The position numbers were made by a program, and so were the translations under genes. Source: Chitinivibrionales bacterium (lineage in GTDB: Bacteria > Fibrobacterota > Chitinivibrionia > Chitinivibrionales > WJKA01). Taken from it: a DNA stretch of 40,497 nt. Shown here piece by piece: positions 26,548-34,545 of the stretch. Where the stretch lies: the NCBI GenBank assembly GCA_038247415.1, contig JBBRUX010000036.1:1-40497 (forward strand). The letters run 5' to 3'. The notes beneath the pieces were generated by a model. It searched no databases, was not told the DNA's origin, and saw only the letters and a list, made by a program, of their open reading frames with translations. The first letter of the stretch is position 1; each line of letters begins with the position of its first letter.

Positions 26548-28475
26548 GTCAAGTACAAGAACCCCATGCGAATATCATGGCATCGCTCTATGCCGATTCA
26601 CCATTTCTTGCGGCACTAACAAGATATGCCAAAACAGAGGCCAGAAGTAGGCTCTTTGGCAATGTTGTCCGCTCTCTCACCCGTGCAGAAATAGTATGCC
26701 TTGAGACACATAATAATCATTGCTCCGATTGGAACTTAATTGCTGTAGCCCCCAATTTTACCCCCGACCTGATTTTTGGATGTTTTTTCTCGGGGGAGTG
26801 TGTTATGGGATCTTTGCATGGTGCGTATCGCTTACTGCCCTGTGGTATCTTGCTTCCTGCGGGTATTTACAATGCGCGTATCCATGCATGTGAGATTGGC
26901 AATGGCTGCCATATTCATAATGTTACCGCAATGCGCAATGTTATTGTCGATCATGGGGCAACCCTTGCTCATGTAGGCATGTTTTCGTGTAGAGGCGAAA
27001 CAACGTTCTCAAATGGGAGCATTGTGGATGTTGGGATAGAGAGCGGTGGCAGGCCGGTTGCGATCTGTGCCGATCTGACGATCGCTTTGGCGCATACGGT
27101 GGCAATTCGCCGACACGACTATCAGCTTTTAGAAGCATACGATACCTGGATCAAAACCTATTGCGTACGCGCAAAGCTTGATTATTCTATTGTTGGTGCA
27201 GGCGCCCTTGTCTGCAACACCGCTTCATTGTGTGATGTTTATATTGATCCTGGTGTGAGCATTGATGGTGCAACAGGTATTGATACTGCAACAATTCTCT
27301 CTAGTGAAGCAGAGCCGACAATCATTTCTCATGGGGCACTTGTGCGCGCATCGTGCATTGGTGCTGGATGTGAGATTTCCGATATGGCCATTGTGGATAG
27401 AACCCTTCTCACAGAACATGTACATGTCACGCGCCATGCAAAGGTGACACAAAGCATTGTAGGTGCCAATACCCATATTGCAGAAGGTGAAATTACCGCT
27501 TCTCTTGTTGGGCCTTTTGTTGGGTTTCATCATCAGGCACTTCTTATTGCAGCTATGTGGCCCGAGGGCAAAGGAAATGTTGCGTATGGTGCTAATGTTG
27601 GATCAAATCACACGGGCAAAGCTCCCGATCAAGAAATTTTTTGTGGTGAAGGAACGTTCTTTGGTTTGGATACCTGCATTAAATTCCCTGCCGATCTTAC
27701 CGGCTCGCCGTATACTATTATTGCAAGTGGCGTAACTACCCTTGCGCAAAGACTTGAGTTCCCATTCTCCCTTATCAATAGCCCCGCAGTGGCTTTCGAT
27801 GGTGTGCCTGCAGGCTACAACGAACTGTTTCCTGCATGGATGCTCTCGGAAAACATGTATGCACTCAAGCGCAACGAAGAAAAATTTCGGTCTCGCAATA
27901 AAGCTCGACGCACGCCTATCGCAACCGATATTTTCAGGCCTTCCATTATCGAGCTCATGCGTTCGGCACGAGATAGACTCGCTGCGGTAACCGAAGTTCA
28001 CGACTGGTATTCGCACGAGCAGATAGGAGGCATTGGTGCAAATTTTATTACCGATGAAACTCGTGTGCGGGCATTAAATACCTACCATTTCTATATTGAA
28101 TTTTATGTGCTTAACGCACTGCTGAAAAGATACGATTCACTTGCAGCTAAGGGTGCTACACCTGATGAAACTATTGTATATGGTAGCGAAGCAGGTAATA
28201 GTTTGTGGCTTTTTGAGCGCTCTATTCTTATTGCCGAAAACTTAACAAATACGAGCATTGCCGATCATTTTATCCGCCTTATTGCTATGCACCGCGAAGT
28301 TGCAGAAACAATTCATGCCTCTAAGAAGCGCGATGATATCCGGGGCAAAAAAATAATTGGCGAACGCTATGATGCGCATATCATTGCACGCAATGATCCA
28401 GTGGTGATACAATCTGAGAACGTTGCTTCTACGATTATTTCACATATTGAGGCATTGCTTGCCAAAAGGTGCTAG
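26544..28475 (+). CDS. DUF4954-like protein (left-handed beta-helix-like repeats)
   Basis: Motifs 'RSLT..EI..L...N...DW', 'GPFVGFHHQALLIA', 'GNVAYGANVGSNHT', 'GEGTFFGL...KFP'. The start overlaps the hisA stop (ATGA). The family name is recalled, not searched. Confidence 0.75.
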   Translation: MSQVQEPHANIMASLYADSPFLAALTRYAKTEARSRLFGNVVRSLTRAEIVCLETHNNHCSDWNLIAVAPNFTPDLIFGCFFSGECVMGSLHGAYRLLPCGILLPAGIYNARIHACEIGNGCHIHNVTAMRNVIVDHGATLAHVGMFSCRGETTFSNGSIVDVGIESGGRPVAICADLTIALAHTVAIRRHDYQLLEAYDTWIKTYCVRAKLDYSIVGAGALVCNTASLCDVYIDPGVSIDGATGIDTATILSSEAEPTIISHGALVRASCIGAGCEISDMAIVDRTLLTEHVHVTRHAKVTQSIVGANTHIAEGEITASLVGPFVGFHHQALLIAAMWPEGKGNVAYGANVGSNHTGKAPDQEIFCGEGTFFGLDTCIKFPADLTGSPYTIIASGVTTLAQRLEFPFSLINSPAVAFDGVPAGYNELFPAWMLSENMYALKRNEEKFRSRNKARRTPIATDIFRPSIIELMRSARDRLAAVTEVHDWYSHEQIGGIGANFITDETRVRALNTYHFYIEFYVLNALLKRYDSLAAKGATPDETIVYGSEAGNSLWLFERSILIAENLTNTSIADHFIRLIAMHREVAETIHASKKRDDIRGKKIIGERYDAHIIARNDPVVIQSENVASTIISHIEALLAKRC

Positions 28476-28476
28476 T

Positions 28477-29964
28477 ATGAAATTTCCTGTGGTGTTCGAC
28501 GAGAATGAATGCTTTACCACCGATCTAAATCATAAATATCTGAAATTTCGTCGAACGCGCATCGTTGCGACCATCGGACCCGCATCTTCATCTAAAAAAA
28601 TGCTGAGCGCGCTCATTAAAGCGGGCGTCAATGTAATGCGCATCAATTTCTCGCATGGTGTTGCTGCCGAGAAATTAGTTGCGATCGCCGCTATTCGTGC
28701 CATTGCAAAAGATCTTGGCGTACACATTGCCGTATTAGGCGATTTGTGCGGTCCTAAAATCCGGGTTGGTAATTTTACCGAGGGCCGTGCGACCCTTGTT
28801 ACGGGGAGCACCGTTATCATTACTCCAAAAGCTGTGCTGGGCACTGCCCTGCGCATCCCCTCCCAGTATCGGCGTATTGCTGAAGAAGTAAAACCGGGCG
28901 ATCGGATACTTCTGGACGATGGAAATCTAGAGCTTAAAGTAGTGGGTGTCAAGGGAGGAGAAGTCTCTGCAAAAGTTTTACAAGGGGGAATATTAAAAGA
29001 TCATAAAGGAATGAATCTCCCTGATACCGTTTTAAAAATTTCTGCCCTTACTGCCAAAGATAAAAAAGATGTACTGACCTGCATAGAAGCAGGTGTAGAT
29101 TTTATTGCACTCTCTTTTGTTCGCCACGAACGGGACATTGTAGAGCTCAAGCGGTTGCTCAACCGAAACGGCGCCCTCATTCCCGTGATTGCCAAGATCG
29201 AAAAGCCCGAAGCACTCATGAATATTCATGGCATCATAAAAGCTGCCGATGGCATTATGGTTGCACGAGGCGATCTCGGTGTAGAGCTTCCCGCAGAAAA
29301 AGTTCCCATTATTCAAAAGAAACTCATTAAAATTGCTAACCGGCATGGGAAACCAGTAATTGTTGCAACGCAAATGCTCGAGAGTATGATCACCAATAAT
29401 CGGCCAACACGTGCAGAAGTAACTGATGTTGCGTCAGCGTGCCTTGCCGGCGCAGATGCTGTCATGCTTTCGGCAGAGACCGCTGCGGGATCGCACCCGC
29501 TCGAAGCGGTTAAGACTATGGATGCTATTTTGCGCGAAACCGAAGGGTATCAGTTCTTTTCTTTGGGTGGCGCGTTTAAAACCGTTGCATCCAAACAAGC
29601 AGACCAACTTTCTAGTGCTATTTCAATGGCAACAACCCAGCTTTCCAAAGATCTTCATGTTCAGTGCATTTTTGTTCTCACACGAAGTGGAGCAACTGCC
29701 AAAACGGTCTCTGCCGATCGACCAGCTGCACCTATCATGGCGTTTGTTCCAACACCTGCAATTGCTCGCAGCCTCATGCTCTTTTGGGGAGTGTATGCTT
29801 TTGTGACAGAGCATACGCTAACAATCCCCGAGTACATCTCTTTAAGCGAGAAAATCATCAAAAACCTCAATCTTGCAAAAAAAGGTGATTTTTTCCTTCT
29901 GCTTTCAGGAATGGGCGAACAATTTGCTGCAACGAATTCTTTAGTTATCAGAGAAGTTGAGTAG
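28477..29964 (+). CDS. pyk: Pyruvate kinase
   Basis: Motifs RTRIVATIGPAS, RINFSHG, DL.GPKIR, AKIE, IMVARGDLGVE, ATQMLESM, PTRAE and DAVMLS.ETA. Start ATG 28477. Confidence 0.97.
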   Translation: MKFPVVFDENECFTTDLNHKYLKFRRTRIVATIGPASSSKKMLSALIKAGVNVMRINFSHGVAAEKLVAIAAIRAIAKDLGVHIAVLGDLCGPKIRVGNFTEGRATLVTGSTVIITPKAVLGTALRIPSQYRRIAEEVKPGDRILLDDGNLELKVVGVKGGEVSAKVLQGGILKDHKGMNLPDTVLKISALTAKDKKDVLTCIEAGVDFIALSFVRHERDIVELKRLLNRNGALIPVIAKIEKPEALMNIHGIIKAADGIMVARGDLGVELPAEKVPIIQKKLIKIANRHGKPVIVATQMLESMITNNRPTRAEVTDVASACLAGADAVMLSAETAAGSHPLEAVKTMDAILRETEGYQFFSLGGAFKTVASKQADQLSSAISMATTQLSKDLHVQCIFVLTRSGATAKTVSADRPAAPIMAFVPTPAIARSLMLFWGVYAFVTEHTLTIPEYISLSEKIIKNLNLAKKGDFFLLLSGMGEQFAATNSLVIREVE

Positions 29965-30101
29965 CGTGAGATTATTAGCTCACAAAGTGATATATTAAGA
30001 AGAGCACTCGTCACGATACTTTGGCTAATGTGTGTTGGCCAATATTTTACCAGATTCTCGCACTTGAATCAATAAAGACCACTTTAATAAGGAGTTGAAT
30101 C

Positions 30102-31385
30102 ATGAAAAGCCTTTTTTTGACATTTTTGTGCATTTTGATGTGCGTCGGTTTTGCAAGCGCTGGCAAAAAGATTGTGGTACCCAAAGATGTAAATACCATT
30201 CAAAAAGCGCTTGATAATGCAGAAGAAGGTGATACAGTCTTTGTGTTGAATGGAAAATATCGAGGATCAATTACTCTGCGCGAACGAGTTGTTCTCATGG
30301 GGCAAGATCGTGAAAAAACAATTTTATCCGGATCCCGGTGGTCAACTATCGTACGGGGTGTAAACTTCGCAACAATTTGTCAGGTAACGATTGAAGGTGG
30401 TGACAAGGGAATTATTTGCGAAAACACCAATACTATTATAGATCATTGTATCATCCGCAATAATAATACAGGGATTCAGTGTCTTGTCTCATTGCCTACC
30501 ATCTCTAACAATTTGATTGTGCGCAATAAATGGAGTGGAATTTTTTGTGAGCTTGTAGCGGTTGGGGGAAGTGCAACCATCGAAAACAACGTAATAGCAG
30601 AAAATGGCTATTCCGGATTAGCTCTGGCTCGTCAATCAACAGTGGTCGTTCAAAACAATTGCTTTTTTAATAATATGCAGTTTGGGATTTATGTTGATGT
30701 CGATTCTAAACGCTCTCGCATTGTGTATAATAACTTTTTTGGAAATAGGTTGCCCTGTTCGGTATATGCTGTTGTTGACAATACTAATATTAGCGTCGAT
30801 CCTGGTTACATTGCTGCAGGTGTAAGCACCTACGATTACCTAGGAAGCCCCGCGCTGCCTCTACAAAAGGCAGGTAAAAATGGTGCGGATATCGGGCTTA
30901 CTCATCGCGAACAGGCCGTGGGTGATGCAGACGAAGATGGCATTGCCGACGACAAGGATCTATGTGTTAACGAGCCCGAAGATAAAGAGGGTTTTGAAGA
31001 TGCTGATGGTTGTCCCGATTTTGACAACGACCTCGACAATATCGTCGATTCTCTTGACGCGTGCCCCAACGAACCCGAAGATTATGATAACTATCAGGAT
31101 AACGATGGCTGTCCCGATCCCGATAATGACAAAGATGGAATTTGCGATCCTTGGGTTGCCGAAAAGGGTCTCGCTGCCCGCTATGCTGCGCTCTGTAAAG
31201 AATCGGATGCATGCCCCGGACAACCAGAAGTTGTAAATGGATATAAAGATGATGATGGTTGCCCCGATGCGGTACCCGCAAGCATGGCAGACACTGCAAG
31301 TGTCAATAAACCAACGCCTACAAATCCTGCGCCGGCTACTCCCGCGGCACCAGAGAAGAGCGCGAAAGTTGGGAAGAAGAAGTAG
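30102..31385 (+). CDS. Exported right-handed beta-helix protein with thrombospondin type-3-like Ca-binding repeats
   Basis: Signal peptide; 'VP..TIQKALD.A..GDTVFV..G.Y' followed by Asn-ladder repeats; three D.D.DG..D..D.C...PE.....D.DGCPD units; Pro/Ala-rich tail ending KKK. Confidence 0.82.
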   Translation: MKSLFLTFLCILMCVGFASAGKKIVVPKDVNTIQKALDNAEEGDTVFVLNGKYRGSITLRERVVLMGQDREKTILSGSRWSTIVRGVNFATICQVTIEGGDKGIICENTNTIIDHCIIRNNNTGIQCLVSLPTISNNLIVRNKWSGIFCELVAVGGSATIENNVIAENGYSGLALARQSTVVVQNNCFFNNMQFGIYVDVDSKRSRIVYNNFFGNRLPCSVYAVVDNTNISVDPGYIAAGVSTYDYLGSPALPLQKAGKNGADIGLTHREQAVGDADEDGIADDKDLCVNEPEDKEGFEDADGCPDFDNDLDNIVDSLDACPNEPEDYDNYQDNDGCPDPDNDKDGICDPWVAEKGLAARYAALCKESDACPGQPEVVNGYKDDDGCPDAVPASMADTASVNKPTPTNPAPATPAAPEKSAKVGKKK

Positions 31386-32160
31386 TAGTTGAACCCGCAC
31401 TTGGCTTCTCGATTGGTTTGGGAGAATTTGAAGAAGTTCATCCATTGTGGTTCCTTCTTTTGCATTTTCATTGATATGCTTAAAAAGAAGTTGCTTATTT
31501 CTTTCTCTGTCCAGTCCTTTTTTCTGGTGTAGACGCTTTTCTTGCCCACCATCGAAAAAACTTCCTTGCGAGAATAAACCGCTTTCGGCCTGTTCGCTCT
31601 ATTGTGCCGTATTCTAGAAGGCACTTTATTCGGTATTGCAATTCTTCCGGAACGGGTTCTTCCCTATTAATATGGTCGAGCACGATAAAATCATGCGTTG
31701 AAAAAAGTACCTGTGTTTCCTGTCCGATCCGTTCGAGGTATTGGATAAATTTTGGATCGCGAACTTGCCCGTTAAGCCCAGCTACAACACCGAACTCATC
31801 TGTTCCTGTTAAATCAGTTTTTTTTTACCCTGTTGGATGCATTGCCCAAACATCAGAGTAACACCTTGACCGGATCGTTCGGCAAAGATAGATTGCAATC
31901 GTAGCTCCAACATTGGCACCAAGCTGTCTGCATCGCGGGACCCATAGATGCCCTCGTATTTGATGACATTTCAGATGGGTCTGGATGGCACCTCAAAAAT
32001 AAGAACCCGTCCGTCTGGATGCTTTATTTCGAAAAAATCAATCAATATTGGAAAGAGAGCAGCAATATTTCGCTAGCTTTTCAAAATGAAAGCTTTCTTT
32101 TGCCTCTTTGAATTAAAAATGCTCACCTTCTTTTGCTTCGAGCCATTGGTGTAGCAGATT
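31386..32160 (-). pseudogene. Heavily deleted AlbA_2 (Schlafen-like) / HATPase-like / HTH gene
   Basis: Ordered fragments on the - strand: WLEAKEGEHF*FKEAKESFHFEKLAKYCCSLSN; IDFFEIKHPDGRVLIFEVPSRPI*NVIKYEG..DSLVPM..IFAE; RSGQGVTLMF..GK; TGTDEF..LNGQVRDPKFIQYLE..LDHINRE..IERTG; GKKSVYTRKK; GLDRERNKQLLFKHI..ELLQILP. Stops at 32115-32113 and 31973-31971, plus frameshifts. Confidence 0.8.
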
Positions 32161-32177
32161 AGCCCTTCACGTTGAAT

Positions 32178-32990
32178 CTAAAACCCGAGCGAGCTAAGCC
32201 AATCAAGAGCAAGGCCGAACCACGATTTAATAACAGGGTCATTTTCTGCCAATGCCATGCCGTGGTATCCCGTTGGGTAGATATGGAGAGAGCAATTGAC
32301 TTTTGCTTTAAAAAGGGCCTCGGCAAACAAGAGGGAATTTTGGACTGGCACAATCGCATCGTCGCTTGTGTGCCAGATAAATGTTGGAGGCGTTTTTGGG
32401 GTAACCTGCTTTTCAAGGGAGAGCTCGTCTATGCGCAATTGTGGAGGGGCATCTCCTAAAAGTGCCGTAACCGATGGTTGGTGCGAAAATTGGCCCAGTG
32501 TAATAACCGGATAGCACAAAATAAGTGCGTTGGGTATATTGGAAAAAGATGCCAAGGAATCTTCTTGTGTAAACATATAGGTATGGCCAAGTGTTGCGGC
32601 ACTTGCTGCTAGATGTCCTCCTGCCGAAGATCCTACCACAATAATTTTATTTGGGTCGATACCAAGAACCTCGGCGCGGCTGCGGATTATTCGCAACGCT
32701 CTGCAAAGATCTGCAAGAGGACCTGGATGCTTTACTATTGGGCTATACCGGTATCTAAGCACCAGTGCAGTGAATCCTTGGTTAGCAAATGCACGGGCAA
32801 AAGGAGCCCCCTCAAATTCAGATATGTTCTCGTATCCGCCACCAGGCAGAATAAGAACAGCACTCGTTCGAGCGCGCTCTTTTGGAAAGTAGACATCGAG
32901 ATAGGGGTGTATCACAGGTGTCTGTGAAGAAAACGGGGGAGTGTCGTCCCACAGCCGGATAGATTCATCGCATGGTTCAACTGCGATCAT
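32178..32990 (-). CDS. Alpha/beta hydrolase (BD-FAE-like carboxylesterase)
   Basis: Motifs PGGGY, GSSAGGHLA, YPVI, TPPTFIWH..DD..VP and GYHG. The start overlaps the upstream lipoprotein stop. Confidence 0.9.
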   Translation of the reverse strand: MIAVEPCDESIRLWDDTPPFSSQTPVIHPYLDVYFPKERARTSAVLILPGGGYENISEFEGAPFARAFANQGFTALVLRYRYSPIVKHPGPLADLCRALRIIRSRAEVLGIDPNKIIVVGSSAGGHLAASAATLGHTYMFTQEDSLASFSNIPNALILCYPVITLGQFSHQPSVTALLGDAPPQLRIDELSLEKQVTPKTPPTFIWHTSDDAIVPVQNSLLFAEALFKAKVNCSLHIYPTGYHGMALAENDPVIKSWFGLALDWLSSLGF

Positions 32991-34510
32991 AGCTTTACTT
33001 TATCCTTATAGGCGTCTGTAAATTTGAAGTACCCTGTGCATTTTTGAATGGTTGTTCCATAGGGGCGTGTTGATCCGGTGTAGCGATCTTGAACAAGTGA
33101 CCACAGTGCAAATCGATGCATCGAAACGTCGAGTGGGGGCAGAAGTGGTGCTACGGGTTCGCCGGTTGACTCAATTGCTACGAGAGAATCCTGCGGAAGG
33201 TTGAGAGCTGAGGCATCAAGATTCTGGTAAAAATGGTAGGTAAGGTATTCCTCAAGATGTACCGTGCCAAAATTAGTAATGCCAAAGTCGCGGGTGGTAA
33301 GGGACATTTCGAATTTTGTTTTTGGCACGACAATCCATGATGTATCATTTGTCCTAATTGAAATGCTGTCCCCATGCTCAAAAAAGATGGTATCGCCTGG
33401 GATGGTGGCAAAAACCCGGTGGGTTGCTGCACTGTCAAACCCGATAGCATTATCACGAACAAAAACAAGTGGCACTGCAATAGTATCTAAAGGTTTGCAA
33501 GGGATACGCAGCGTACACGCTGGTGCTGTAATTATAAGGGAGGAGTTCTCGTTTACTGAAATCGGTTTGAAAAAATTATCAGGAGGCAAGGAAAGTGGAA
33601 TCGATTCGAGTGACGAATCAACCACAACCCAATAGGAATAACCGGTATCAACAATAATAGTATCTGAAATGGAATCGGGATGGTCTCGATTAAAAAGAGT
33701 CGAATACAGTGCATCCGATGCAAATCGGCGATCGGTTGGATTGAAGGCGCCCAATGCTTTGGGAAGTTTACATATCTTAATCCATCGAATGATAGGATTA
33801 TAATTGACTGGAGCGATAAGCGATAATGAAGGGATGCTCTCAAATACCGAGTTATATCGCACAACAAATTCCGATCGAACAACAAGCCGTTTTCCGTCTT
33901 TAGTGTGGGCGGTAAAAAAGGTATAGGCGCGCGTGGAAAGAAGAGAAATCATGCTCGTTAATTCGGGCGTAAGCAAGGGGCCAAGCGATGCAAGAACAAT
34001 CGGGTCGGCAGTTGCTAAGAGCGGCAACAAAATCATGAGGGATGTGTATTGCGAGTCGGTAATAATGCCCGAATTTTTAAGGACTAGGAGTTGGCTATTA
34101 AAAACAGTGTCGGGTACCCGAAAGGTTACAGAAAAAGAATCGGGCAAGGAATTTTTTTGCCGAATTGGTATCAAGTCAAGTTTGTTGATGATGGTATCTG
34201 CAATCGGACCCGAGAACACGTTGGTTATTGGCGTATAAGAGACGTACATCGAATCTATCTGAGTAGTGGAATCGCCTCCAAATTGGGCATTAAACGTTAC
34301 CGTGTCGCCGGGTGCTACGTCAGCGGTTGGACTGTAGCACACGCCAATACAGCGAAGCTTATTGGTTTCGATCCTATCGAAACGGGTTGGGAATTGGATG
34401 CAGGAAATGCCGCATGTGCAAAGCAACAGTATCACGAGCGTGCGCACATTGTGTTTTTTCCAAGGCTTGCAGCCAGATGGTTTCTGAGTTGAAATACAGG
34501 GCGTAATCAT
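32987..34510 (-). CDS. Lipoprotein of unknown function, downstream partner of the TonB-dependent receptor
   Basis: Likely start ATG 34510 (gaggga upstream), though the exact start is uncertain. Hydrophobic stretch ending in lipobox GISC; beta-rich and very rich in D-S/T. Confidence 0.7.
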   Translation of the reverse strand: MITPCISTQKPSGCKPWKKHNVRTLVILLLCTCGISCIQFPTRFDRIETNKLRCIGVCYSPTADVAPGDTVTFNAQFGGDSTTQIDSMYVSYTPITNVFSGPIADTIINKLDLIPIRQKNSLPDSFSVTFRVPDTVFNSQLLVLKNSGIITDSQYTSLMILLPLLATADPIVLASLGPLLTPELTSMISLLSTRAYTFFTAHTKDGKRLVVRSEFVVRYNSVFESIPSLSLIAPVNYNPIIRWIKICKLPKALGAFNPTDRRFASDALYSTLFNRDHPDSISDTIIVDTGYSYWVVVDSSLESIPLSLPPDNFFKPISVNENSSLIITAPACTLRIPCKPLDTIAVPLVFVRDNAIGFDSAATHRVFATIPGDTIFFEHGDSISIRTNDTSWIVVPKTKFEMSLTTRDFGITNFGTVHLEEYLTYHFYQNLDASALNLPQDSLVAIESTGEPVAPLLPPLDVSMHRFALWSLVQDRYTGSTRPYGTTIQKCTGYFKFTDAYKDKVKL

Positions 34511-34545
34511 AGGAGTCCCTCGTGTATCCATGGTAGTGCTCTTGG

